A stretch of DNA of 40,988 nt from Synergistaceae bacterium. GTDB taxonomy: Bacteria > Synergistota > Synergistia > Synergistales > Synergistaceae. The DNA is taken from NCBI GenBank assembly GCA_031290815.1, contig JAISLO010000006.1, forward strand, positions 1 through 40,988, in the 5' to 3' direction. This document shows, piece by piece, positions 18,227-27,236 of this stretch. The notes below the pieces were generated by a model. It worked only from the letters and a program-made list of their open reading frames with translations. It made no database searches and was not told where the DNA came from. The position numbers were made by a program, and so were the translations under genes. The number at the start of each line of letters is the position of its first letter. Position 1 is the stretch's first letter.

Positions 18227-19774
18227 TCAGAACGCCACGTATGTGCGGAAACGCACTATGTTGTCGCTGCCATTGCGCAACTCGTCACCGTTTCTTTCGC
18301 CATAGTCTATCGCATCATAGACCAGTTCGAACTCGACCGCGTCGTTCAGGCGATATCCGACTCCTACGCTCCAGTTGAACGCGTCGTCGATGCCGGCGGT
18401 GTCATGATCGGCCGCGAAGTAGCGCAGATAAGTCCTCCACTTGTCGTTCCACTCCTGATCCATCCTCACCCCGTAGATCTTCGTGCTGTTCATGTTGATC
18501 GGCATATTGGCCAGAAGGCTTGCCCCGCCGTCAGTGTACGTCGCGCTGACTCCGAGATCGGAATAAACCGAAAACCTCTCGTTTGTGAGGAAGTTATTGT
18601 CGATCTGGCCATATTCGACCCATACGCTGGTGAACTTGAGCACATCCTGCTTGACGTCGAGGATAGCCTTCCACGCCGACGCGCTGTCGTCATAGTTGGT
18701 CGCCGTTCCGCTCAGCAACTGAGCAAGGGTATCCCCCTGAGCCTGGTGGTAGTAAATCACCTTGCCCTCCACGCCTGGGGTGAACGTAAACCCGGCATAC
18801 GCGCCGATGATTCCGACGCTGGTGTCCGTCTCACTGTTGTCAGTCAACGGAATCTCCTCATCCGCAAAAATCCAATAACCTATCAGACCTCCGCGGAAGC
18901 GCTCGGAAAAGTTGAAGTCGGCGAGGCCCGCCACCAGGAAGCGCTCTATCGGTGATGTTGGGTCATCGCCAAGGCTGGGCACTCCGGCGTCGTCGTTAGC
19001 GCGGCCCGCAAGCAGCTTCAGGTTCGCGATGCCCCAGTCCTTCTCGAAGAGGAACATGTTGAACGTCCAGTCCCCGATTATGGGCTCGTTATCCACGTAC
19101 AGTTCGAGGTCGCCCTCCCAGTCCAGATCGGCCAGACCGACGGTCAGGCTGATGTCATACGGCAGGACAGTCGTCACGTAGTAGTTCGCCCACACCACCA
19201 CATTTCCAGAATCACGCTCCAGCCTCGCGGCGAAGTTAGTGGTATCGTTCACTCGCTTTCTGAGCCACAGCACGTAGTCAGCAAGTTCGAACTCGTTCTC
19301 CCCGGCGTAGTCAGCGTCGTCGCTGTACCAACCCTTGTCGGCCGCCTGGCCGAACTTGGCGTTGAAGGTGAGCTCGCCAGCCAGGCTCCAGCCGCCTATG
19401 TCCTCCTCCAGAACCGCGATGCGCTCGTCCAGATTGTCCACCCTAACTCCAAGCGCGTCCAGCTCGTCCTTGAATTCGACTATGAGACGCCTCATCATCT
19501 CGACATCCTGCTTGCTCGCCTTGTCGAGGTCGATATTCGCGAGAGCCCTGGCGATAATCGACGCCATTTCGTAGCGGGTAGAGGGCTGGGCGCCCTTGAA
19601 AGAACCGTCTGGATAGCCCGATATGACGCCCCTGGAGGCGAGCTGAGCAACCGCGTCATACGCCCAATGGCTTGCTGGGACATCCATGAACGGATTGGTC
19701 GCCGCAACCGACTGTGACGCGAACGATGCGAGAATAACCGCAATTGCCGCTGCAAGAAGTGCTTTTCTCATCAT
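18227..19774 (-). CDS. SLH-domain outer-membrane porin (OmpM/Mep45-like: signal peptide, SLH domain, coiled coil, beta-barrel)
   Basis: 515 aa. Signal peptide MMRKALLAAAIAVILASFASQSVAA. SLH motif NPFMDVPASHWAYDAVAQLASRGVISGYPDGSFKGAQPSTRYEMASIIARAL. Heptad region DVEMMRRLIVEFKDELDALGVRVDNLDERIAVLEEDI. Alternating beta-strand pattern ending in ..RFRTYVAF (C-terminal Phe). SD AAGGAG. Confidence 0.88.
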   Translation of the reverse strand: MMRKALLAAAIAVILASFASQSVAATNPFMDVPASHWAYDAVAQLASRGVISGYPDGSFKGAQPSTRYEMASIIARALANIDLDKASKQDVEMMRRLIVEFKDELDALGVRVDNLDERIAVLEEDIGGWSLAGELTFNAKFGQAADKGWYSDDADYAGENEFELADYVLWLRKRVNDTTNFAARLERDSGNVVVWANYYVTTVLPYDISLTVGLADLDWEGDLELYVDNEPIIGDWTFNMFLFEKDWGIANLKLLAGRANDDAGVPSLGDDPTSPIERFLVAGLADFNFSERFRGGLIGYWIFADEEIPLTDNSETDTSVGIIGAYAGFTFTPGVEGKVIYYHQAQGDTLAQLLSGTATNYDDSASAWKAILDVKQDVLKFTSVWVEYGQIDNNFLTNERFSVYSDLGVSATYTDGGASLLANMPINMNSTKIYGVRMDQEWNDKWRTYLRYFAADHDTAGIDDAFNWSVGVGYRLNDAVEFELVYDAIDYGERNGDELRNGSDNIVRFRTYVAF

Positions 19775-19943
19775 AACAACTCCTTATCTTTATAAATATA
19801 TTTGCGTACAGCTTCTATATCCTTCCTGCCGGTCTCCCTCAAAACGCCCCTCCTTCCAATCTCGCCGGACCGCGGATGAAGACAAAACCATAAAAGAAAG
19901 GCCGATTCACTCCTGCGCTCATATATGATTCGCAAGCACAAAC

Positions 19944-19971
19944 ATTTTATATCAGCAAAATTACTTGTCAA
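19944..19971 (-). promoter_or_regulatory. Strong sigma70-like promoter for the OmpM-like gene
   Basis: On the minus strand: TTGACA (19971-19966), 16-nt spacer, TAAAAT (19949-19944). Implies a 5' UTR of about 165 nt. Confidence 0.5.
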
Positions 19972-20121
19972 TAGCCCAAAATGGATATTTTGCACTGAAA
20001 CAGCCAATGGGACCGATTGCGAGTCATTATTCCGGAATAAAAGCAGATTATTTACTTAAAGTATCCGCGCGTACCGCAAATCATTTATTTTTATCAACAT
20101 ATCCAAGTCAGCCGAAAGCTG

Positions 20122-20150
20122 TTGACAAAGATATATTTCCGGTGTAATAT
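20122..20150 (+). promoter_or_regulatory. Sigma70-like promoter for the DUF3793-flavodoxin pair
   Basis: TTGACA (20122-20127), 17-nt spacer, TAATAT (20145-20150), about 65 nt upstream of the ORF start. Confidence 0.45.
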
Positions 20151-20215
20151 AAAGACGATGTTTGATATAACTAACACAATAAAATAGGCTTGTTTATGAA
20201 GGGATTGGCGTAAAC

Positions 20216-20821
20216 GTGCCCACTCTGCAAAGATTTATGATGTTCCTGAAGACCAGGGGCCCAGTGGAATTCATCGAGTCGATGATAGTATGTTTTGCCG
20301 CGCCGGTCGTGGCCGGCATCAAGTGCGGGGCTTTGATCAACCTTCGCAGAGGCGGGGAGGATCTGGGGCAGGTATGGTTTGCGATTAAAGACAAAATTAC
20401 GGAAAAACTCGGACTTGAATTTGCGGAAATTTCGTATTCGAAAAACTATATATTGCTGTTAGTATTCAGGAGCGACCTCCTTATGGACCGAGTCTCCTCT
20501 GCGGAGACGAGGAAGTTCCTGGGCGATCTTGGCTATGACTGTGAATCGGGCTCGGCTGTTTCTTACATTGAGAACTTGATCGAGCGGTTCAAGACGAGAT
20601 TTCCGCACGAAATAGGGGTATTCCTCGGGTATCCGATCGAAGATGTAAAGGGTTTTATCGAAAACAGAGGAAAAAATTCGAAGTTGTCGGGGTACTGGAA
20701 GGTTTACGGCGACGAGGCGAACGCGAGAAAAAAGTTCGACGAGTACAGAAAGGCCGAGACGGACAGTGCCGAGATGATTTTGAGGGGAATCGGTTTCGCG
20801 CCAATTAAAATCAGGGCATAG
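20216..20821 (+). CDS. DUF3793-family protein (unknown function)
   Basis: 201 aa. FPHEIGVFLGYPIEDVKGFIENRGKNSKLSGYWKVYGDEANARKKFDEYRK matches my recollection of the DUF3793 core. The family is commonly found next to flavodoxin genes. Not verified by search. Confidence 0.7.
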   Translation: MPTLQRFMMFLKTRGPVEFIESMIVCFAAPVVAGIKCGALINLRRGGEDLGQVWFAIKDKITEKLGLEFAEISYSKNYILLLVFRSDLLMDRVSSAETRKFLGDLGYDCESGSAVSYIENLIERFKTRFPHEIGVFLGYPIEDVKGFIENRGKNSKLSGYWKVYGDEANARKKFDEYRKAETDSAEMILRGIGFAPIKIRA

Positions 20822-20933
20822 ATCTGGAATCGCCTAAATTCGTTACGCCAAGCGAAGGATCCGGCGATTTTAGATAACGCCCTGCAGGGAGAATTGGTAG
20901 AAATAATCAAAATCAACATGAGGAGGAAGCGAT

Positions 20934-21362
20934 ATGGCAAAGGTTGGAATCATCTACTGGTCGGGGACAGGAAACACGGAGAAGATGGCCGAACTCATCT
21001 CGAAGGGCGCGGAGGAAGCAGGCGCTCAGGTGACGTGCAAGCATGTCTCCGCCGCGTCCGCGGATGAAATTGACGGTTATGACGTCGTAGTGTTGGGATC
21101 GCCTTCCATGGGCTCGGAGGTTGTGGAGGAGAGCGAGATGCAGCCGTTTGTCTCCTCGGTCGCTCCAAAGCTCAAAGGCCGCCGCACGGCTCTGTTTGGT
21201 TCCTACGGATGGGGCGACGGCGAATGGATGCGCAACTGGGCGGCGGAGATGAAGGGATACGGCGCGAATCTAGTCGACGACGGACTGATCGTCAATGAGA
21301 CTCCGGATGGCGCAAGCGCCGACGAATGTGTGGCGTACGGCAAGAAGATCGCCGCAGCTTAA
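20934..21362 (+). CDS. Short-chain flavodoxin
   Basis: 142 aa. FMN phosphate loop IIYWSGTGNTEKMA, then ..VLGSPSMG.., FGSYGWGDGEWM. SD GAGGAGGAAG. Confidence 0.93.
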   Translation: MAKVGIIYWSGTGNTEKMAELISKGAEEAGAQVTCKHVSAASADEIDGYDVVVLGSPSMGSEVVEESEMQPFVSSVAPKLKGRRTALFGSYGWGDGEWMRNWAAEMKGYGANLVDDGLIVNETPDGASADECVAYGKKIAAA

Positions 21363-21467
21363 TGAGCCGCATATGTATAACTTTTATACATATTCTATAT
21401 AGTACCTGTCAAATACCCACTCACAGATCCTCGCAACACGTCCGCTCAACGATCTGAGTACATCAGA

Positions 21468-21494
21468 GGGGGCCCCTCGCAACGAGGGGCCCCT
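21468..21494. terminator. GC-rich hairpin between convergent flavodoxin and amidohydrolase genes
   Basis: GGGGGCCCCTCG-CAA-CGAGGGGCCCC(T): 11-12 bp perfect GC-rich stem, 5 nt beyond the amidohydrolase stop, followed by TGTTCTT on the plus strand. Confidence 0.7.
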
Positions 21495-21498
21495 GTTC

Positions 21499-22956
21499 TT
21501 ACAGCTTGCTTATCGCCACTGGCGTCACGCCGGGCGGGATTGCGGAGCGGTATGTTTCGCCGTCCAGGCGCTCAGTCAGCTCGGCCTTGGCTCTCTTTAT
21601 TATCTCCTGCGACTCCATGACGTCCGCGATCCCGCCGGCCATTACCTTTGCGGCCAGGATCATTCCCTTATGGCCGATGGAACTTCCGGCCTGCGAGACC
21701 AATTGCCAGGAGTGCTCAGGAGTGCCCAGCGCGTAACAGGCTGTGACAACCTGCCCTGTCGGAGCGATCCAGCTCACATCGCCGACGTCGGATGATCCTG
21801 ACAACATGCGGTCAGGGTCTTCGAAGTAAAACGGCAGCGCGATGTCGCACATCGGCTTGTCCTTCAGCGCGTTGACGCACCGCTTCATGTCGTCTGGGTG
21901 CGCGTTGAGATAGCGTCCGATGTCGGACGAGGAGGACCCCGGAGATGTCTTTGCCATTTCCTCGGCGAACGCCAGCTCCTCTTGGGTATAGACCGGCATA
22001 TCCAGCTCCTTCAGGTTGTCGTACAGCACCTTGGAGAGCGTCTTGTTCGGAACTACGTTGGCGCAGGCCTTGACGAACTGTATCTCGAGTTCGGTCTCAG
22101 TCATCATGGCCGCGCCCCGCGCCACCTTGTTGACGCGCTGGTAGATCTCCTCGACCTGCGACGTGCGGGGCGCCCTTATTAGGTACAGCACCTCCGCGTA
22201 CGGCTGAACGACGTTGGGCGAGAATCCCCCGGAGTTGGTGATCGCGTAGTGTATTCGCGCCTCTTGGATGACGTGCTCGCGCAGAAAATTCACGCCCACG
22301 TTCATGAGCTCTGAGGCGTCCAGCGCGCTGCGGCCCTTGTCTGGAGCGGCGGCCGCGTGGGACGCCACGCCTTTGAATTTGTAGAGAATCTGGTAATTTG
22401 CCAGCATGCTCATGTCCAATACCGCGTTCACGGACATCGGATGCCACGCGAACGCGGCGTCCAGGCCGTCGAAGACCCCTGCCCTGGCCATGAAGGCCTT
22501 GCCAGATCCGCCCTCCTCGCCGGGACAGCCGAACAGCTTCAAAGTGCCCTGAAGTCCGCCGTTTTCCATGCGCTTCTTGACGGCTATGGCCGCTCCGACG
22601 GACGCTCCGGCGAAGAGGTTGTGGCCGCAGCCATGCCCGTTGCCTCCGGCGGCCGTCTCGCGCCTCTCAGTCGAGCCCGCCGCCTGGCTCATGCCTGAGA
22701 GCGCGTCGTACTCCGCGAGTATGCCGATCACAGGAGCGCCGCTTCCAAACTCGGCGCAAAAGGCGGTATCTATCCCCCCGGTCCCGCTCTCGACGTTAAA
22801 TCCGTAATCCAGCATGACGCCCTTGAGCAGATCGGCGGAGCGGAACTCCTCGAAAGCCGTCTCGGCGTAGTCCCATATCTTATCGGAGACATCGATCATC
22901 ACATCTTTGTTTTCGTCCAGATAACGGAACATCTCCCTCTTGTTCAACCTTGCCAC
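21499..22956 (-). CDS. M20-family amidohydrolase, AbgB-like (p-aminobenzoyl-glutamate hydrolase subunit B family)
   Basis: 485 aa. Close full-length resemblance to E. coli AbgB: IWDYAETAFEEF, GNGHGCGHNL, FGCPGEEGGSGKAFM, RIHYAITNSGGFSPNVVQPYAEVLYLIRAP, SSDVGDVSW, GTPEHSWQLVSQ, HKGM. Confidence 0.9.
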   Translation of the reverse strand: MARLNKREMFRYLDENKDVMIDVSDKIWDYAETAFEEFRSADLLKGVMLDYGFNVESGTGGIDTAFCAEFGSGAPVIGILAEYDALSGMSQAAGSTERRETAAGGNGHGCGHNLFAGASVGAAIAVKKRMENGGLQGTLKLFGCPGEEGGSGKAFMARAGVFDGLDAAFAWHPMSVNAVLDMSMLANYQILYKFKGVASHAAAAPDKGRSALDASELMNVGVNFLREHVIQEARIHYAITNSGGFSPNVVQPYAEVLYLIRAPRTSQVEEIYQRVNKVARGAAMMTETELEIQFVKACANVVPNKTLSKVLYDNLKELDMPVYTQEELAFAEEMAKTSPGSSSSDIGRYLNAHPDDMKRCVNALKDKPMCDIALPFYFEDPDRMLSGSSDVGDVSWIAPTGQVVTACYALGTPEHSWQLVSQAGSSIGHKGMILAAKVMAGGIADVMESQEIIKRAKAELTERLDGETYRSAIPPGVTPVAISKL

Positions 22957-24359
22957 CCCCGCTCCTCTGCGCGGACGGATTTTGAAACACGGCTCGATAA
23001 GGCGATCAGGACGACCGCCGCCGCGAGAAGCCCTCCCTGAAACGCCAAGTTCGGGCCGAAGCCGTATTGCAGCAGCAAATTCACGGTAATCGGCAGCAGG
23101 ACGAAGTTCAGGACGGATATGAAGGAGAAGCCGACGGAGTAGTCGTTCAGCGCAGGCAGTTCATAATCCGGGTCGCATATCTTGAGCAGCATCAGGCCTG
23201 TCAGGAACACGCCCGTGCAGGTGCCGAAAATCGCCATACCGCGCTCGAACGGGCAGCTGTCAAAGAACTTGCGGCACAGGAACATCGTAAAAGAGTAGGT
23301 TATCACATAGCCTATCACGACCATGACCAGAATCGGCGCCATGTACTGCATTATCGCGCGCACCGGCATACTCGCTATCGCGGCGGTTATGGCGTAATCG
23401 GAGCAGACCCCGGCTATGCGGGACTTTGTCTTGTTGTCTATGAGGGTTCCAAGACCGACTCTCTGCATCACGAAGTTGACGACGAACATTACGAGAATGG
23501 AGTAGGCCCAGATGGGTATTTGCATCAGCCCCGGAATTTTATAGGTCTTGGCGGCGTTCATTATGATAAACGCGATACCGCAGCCAAGCAGAATGACTGA
23601 CGTGTGAAACGAGATGGACTCTATCGACGAGTTATAGGTCGTCTCCAGGCCGAGGCTCTTCTGTTTGCCCGGGTCGCTCTGGAAGCCCTTGCCCATGTCG
23701 AGCGGTATGTCGCCCGGCTTCTTCAGTATCGCGGTCCTTCCCCGGCGCGCGGCGATGTTTATGGCCGCGATTCCGATTATCATTCCGCCGACGATCCCGA
23801 ACGTCGCGGTAGTGGTCGTCACCCCCTGCGCCAGCTCCCAATACGGCAGATCGAGCCCCTTGTAAAAATTGCCTATCACGCCGGCGGTGCCGTGCCCGCC
23901 GGAAAAACCCTGAGACAGTTCGAATCCGAACGGAGCGTACAGGTCCAGATCAGGTTTGATCGTCATGAAAAACTCCCTGGCGCAGAGACCGATCAGCATC
24001 TGCGCCGTCAAGACGGCCAGCATCACCCCGAACATCTTGATGATGTTCGCCGACGTCCTGCCCGCCGAAACTCCGCCTCCGCCAAACTTCATCCCAAGCG
24101 GGACGCTCGCCACGACAGGGACGATCAGTATGCCGGGCAGCGCGGACCAGGTCGAAATCCACTCCTTCGGAAACGGAATCCCAGCCTCGCCCCATATAAC
24201 CGGACCGACCAGCAAGCCGGCGAAACCGCCTATTACGGACGCTGGCAGGAAGAGCTTCCTGAACAGCGGGATCGCGCCCCTCAGGTATGCGCCTAAAAGC
24301 AATAGAGCGCTTAAAACGCAGAAGCAATACATGAGCTGAGTCAATTGTGTTGATGACAT
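22944..24359 (-). CDS. gltS: GltS/ESS-family sodium:glutamate-type symporter
   Basis: 471 aa, polytopic. N-terminus LLLGAYLRGAIPLFRKLFLPASVIGGFAGLL and the GFSGGHGTAG motif resemble GltS. Overlaps the downstream amidohydrolase gene by 13 nt. Substrate unknown. Confidence 0.75.
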   Translation of the reverse strand: MSSTQLTQLMYCFCVLSALLLLGAYLRGAIPLFRKLFLPASVIGGFAGLLVGPVIWGEAGIPFPKEWISTWSALPGILIVPVVASVPLGMKFGGGGVSAGRTSANIIKMFGVMLAVLTAQMLIGLCAREFFMTIKPDLDLYAPFGFELSQGFSGGHGTAGVIGNFYKGLDLPYWELAQGVTTTTATFGIVGGMIIGIAAINIAARRGRTAILKKPGDIPLDMGKGFQSDPGKQKSLGLETTYNSSIESISFHTSVILLGCGIAFIIMNAAKTYKIPGLMQIPIWAYSILVMFVVNFVMQRVGLGTLIDNKTKSRIAGVCSDYAITAAIASMPVRAIMQYMAPILVMVVIGYVITYSFTMFLCRKFFDSCPFERGMAIFGTCTGVFLTGLMLLKICDPDYELPALNDYSVGFSFISVLNFVLLPITVNLLLQYGFGPNLAFQGGLLAAAVVLIALSSRVSKSVRAEERGWQG

Positions 24360-24616
24360 GTTGCACTCGCCTCCTCGTATATTTAACCCCGTGTCGGGGA
24401 TATTTAGGACATATAAGGACTTAACATAAAACTATAGTATTATCGCTCGAAAAAAATGTTTTGCAATACTATTTATTGCAGTATTATCAAGCATTTCAGT
24501 CGGTAGTAATACTGAAATCTATTTATATCGCTCAATGGGAATCAATATAATTAAGTCTTTATATGTCTTTAATATCGGTTTGCGATATGCTGTTTTTTTG
24601 TTAATATAAAAGTGAG

Positions 24617-25942
24617 ATGGGGGAGGGAATCTATCTGAGACCGTCAATTGGCATTATCACAGCGGAACGATCGATGGAGCTGATCCGAAAAGCGCACGGC
24701 GAGATGAGCCGCATGTGTGATGTGACGTATCTCCCGTATGTCTCCATGCGGAATTTGGCCGACGTATACGAAAAGAACGCGCACCGGTTCGACGGGCTGA
24801 TCTTCAGCGGGAGGTTCCCGTACTCTTATATAGTGAGCCAGGTCGGCGGCATCCTCAAGCCTCACGATTACTTCGAGCTGACCGACAGGGACTACTACAG
24901 GGCGTTCGCCGGCATACTGTATAGATTTCCGGGAATAAGCGTCTCGCGAATTCTCATAGACAAGCCGTACTCAGCCGTGGATTTTGGCGACGTGTTTCGC
25001 GGAGACATCCCGATGTTCTTCGATCCCTTCGTGGAAAACGACGCCTCGAGCCTCGAAGCGGCGTATGAGAAGACCATGAGGCAGTCCGTCGCCCTGTGGC
25101 GCGAGAAAAAAATAGACCTGGTAGTGACTCGCCTCACCAATTTAGCGGAGATGCTCGGCGCGTCGGGCATACCGTTCGAGCTTTTGTTCCCGTCCGTCGC
25201 CTCGATGCTGGATGTGTGCGGTTCGCTGTTCAGTCTGATCCAGTCTCGCATGCTGACCGGCGCCATGGTCGCCTCGGGGATAGTCTCGTGGGCCGAACCT
25301 GCTGGGGCGGAGGAGAACAAGAATCTCCTGTCCCTGCTGAACAAGTTTAACGGAAAAAACGGCATGTCGCTCGTGATCAGGAGAAACGGCGGAATATTCG
25401 AGCTCACCACCTCGAACGAGACGCTTGAGGACATCACCTATGGATACACGGACTGCGTGCTCTCAAATTATCTCCAGAGCGAGCTCGGGGAAGGAGTCTG
25501 CGTAGGCTGGGGGCTTGGCATGGATATCGTCTCCTCGGGGCAGAACGCAATGAGGGCGTTCAGGGAGTCAATACGCAGCGCCAGGCATCACGCGTATCTC
25601 GTAAACGACATCGGGGATCAGATAGGCCCTATGGCTGGCGGAAAATCCGTCACGATGTCTGGCGTCACCAGCGCAGGCATCGAGGAGACCGGGCGCAGGC
25701 TGGGCATATCCCCCGCCAACCTGCAAAAAATTATCAGCCTTCAGGAGCATCGTGGCATCAAAACCTTCAGCAGCGCCGACCTCGCGTTCTACCTCAACAT
25801 CACCGCGCGCAGCGCGGGTCGCATACTCTCTCGCCTGGCCGAGAACGGATGGGCCAGCGTAGTGCGGCGCGACCAGCCTAACGCAAAGGGACGTCCATAT
25901 AAAATATACGACGTGGATTGCGAAAAACTGGGGCAGGGCTGA
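24617..25942 (+). CDS. Putative transcriptional regulator (N-terminal PrpR_N-like sensory region, C-terminal winged-HTH)
   Basis: 441 aa. C-terminal ADLAFYLNITARSAGRILSRLAENGWASVVRRDQPNAKGRPYKIYDV looks like a wHTH. Transcribed divergently from gltS/abgB-like. The start codon is uncertain: an SD-like GGGGGAGGG lies just after the annotated ATG. Confidence 0.6.
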   Translation: MGEGIYLRPSIGIITAERSMELIRKAHGEMSRMCDVTYLPYVSMRNLADVYEKNAHRFDGLIFSGRFPYSYIVSQVGGILKPHDYFELTDRDYYRAFAGILYRFPGISVSRILIDKPYSAVDFGDVFRGDIPMFFDPFVENDASSLEAAYEKTMRQSVALWREKKIDLVVTRLTNLAEMLGASGIPFELLFPSVASMLDVCGSLFSLIQSRMLTGAMVASGIVSWAEPAGAEENKNLLSLLNKFNGKNGMSLVIRRNGGIFELTTSNETLEDITYGYTDCVLSNYLQSELGEGVCVGWGLGMDIVSSGQNAMRAFRESIRSARHHAYLVNDIGDQIGPMAGGKSVTMSGVTSAGIEETGRRLGISPANLQKIISLQEHRGIKTFSSADLAFYLNITARSAGRILSRLAENGWASVVRRDQPNAKGRPYKIYDVDCEKLGQG

Positions 25943-26151
25943 GGAGCGCTGGAATTTTAATCCGCACACACGGCGTCCTCCCTGCCGAGTGGATTGGAGA
26001 TTCGAGCCCGACGTCTCCTCCGGCTGTTCTTTTGGAAAAAAACAACAGCGATGGATAATTATGTGGTACTATAGATTTGTGAAAGCAGGTCGCGTCAGAT
26101 GGTTTGTAAAAAAGATGATAATATGCCTGACTGGAAGCGAGGCTGTAATAT

Positions 26152-27207
26152 ATGTTCAAGTTCTTATCAGGTCTGTTCAGCCGGGATATTGGTATAGATC
26201 TGGGCAGCGCTAATACCGTGGTTTATGTTAAAGGACGCGGCGTGGTGATCGATGAGCCTTCTGTCTTAGCCGTTCGCAAGGTGGGAAATAAAGGCCGCAA
26301 AGAGGTAATCGCCTTTGGCCATCCCGCAAAGAGGATGATCGGCAAGACCCCGGTGGGCATAGAGACCATACGGCCGCTGCAGCACGGAGTCATAGCCGAC
26401 TTCGACATGACCGAGCAGATGGTCGGTCATTATATGACGGCGGCCAACCAGGGACGCCGGCTGATGGCCCATCCCCGAGTCGCGATATGTGTGCCGGCGT
26501 GCGTCACCGAGGTCGAGAAGCGGGCCGTCGTGGACGCGACCCTCGGCGCGGGGGCGAGGGAGGCGTTTGTGGTCGAGGAGCCCCTGGCCGCGGCGCTCGG
26601 CACCGGACTGCCCATCAACGAGCCGCGCGGCAACATGGTGGTCGACATTGGAGGCGGCACAAGCGAGGTTGCTGTCCTTTCGCTCGGCGGCGTGGTGATA
26701 AGCAACTCCCTGCGCACCGCCGGGGATGATTTCGACACCGCCATAGTATCGATGCTGAGGCAGAATTACACGCTTTCGATCGGCGAGAGCACGGCGGAGG
26801 AGGTTAAGATCAGCATCGGGTCCGTGATATCCCTCGAGGAGGAGCTCGAGATGGAGGTCAAGGGACGCGATCTCATGGATGGGCTTCCCAAGGTCGTAAG
26901 AGTGACATCCAACGAGGTTCGGGAGGCCATCGAGCCCTTCATCTGCCGTATCGAGGACATGCTTCGCTATGCGGTGGAACAGACTCCGCCCGAGCTGGTA
27001 AAGGACATAGTGGATCAGGGGCTGGTGCTGACCGGAGGCAGCGCGCTCCTGAGAGGGCTGAACGTTCGTCTTTCCGATGTCATGAACGTTCCCGTTCATA
27101 TGGCGGAGCAGCCGCTTTTCTCGGTGGCGTTGGGCCTGGGAAAGCTGCTCGAGACCGTGGATCGCGGTGATAAGATATCCGTCACCATCGATCACTCGAC
27201 AGTGTAG
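26152..27207 (+). CDS. mreB: Rod shape-determining actin homologue MreB
   Basis: 351 aa. DIGIDLGSANTVVY, DIGGGTSEVAVLSLGG, VLTGGSALLRGL. Confidence 0.97.
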   Translation: MFKFLSGLFSRDIGIDLGSANTVVYVKGRGVVIDEPSVLAVRKVGNKGRKEVIAFGHPAKRMIGKTPVGIETIRPLQHGVIADFDMTEQMVGHYMTAANQGRRLMAHPRVAICVPACVTEVEKRAVVDATLGAGAREAFVVEEPLAAALGTGLPINEPRGNMVVDIGGGTSEVAVLSLGGVVISNSLRTAGDDFDTAIVSMLRQNYTLSIGESTAEEVKISIGSVISLEEELEMEVKGRDLMDGLPKVVRVTSNEVREAIEPFICRIEDMLRYAVEQTPPELVKDIVDQGLVLTGGSALLRGLNVRLSDVMNVPVHMAEQPLFSVALGLGKLLETVDRGDKISVTIDHSTV

Positions 27208-27236
27208 CGTGAGAGCAGGGGAGGCGATCCTCCCGA

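Noticed and set aside
25996-26049. tRNA-like T-arm string (GGAGATTCGAGCCCGACGTCTCC) and an AT-rich hairpin (GCTGTTCTTTTGG..AACAGC) downstream of the regulator gene
   Set aside because: No acceptor, D or anticodon arms can be built around the TTCGAGC loop, so it is not a tRNA or a recognisable fragment. The second hairpin has a mismatch and no T-tract. At best it is a weak terminator.
26266-27195. 309-aa minus-strand ORF opposite mreB
   Set aside because: Antisense to a canonical MreB, with no motifs.
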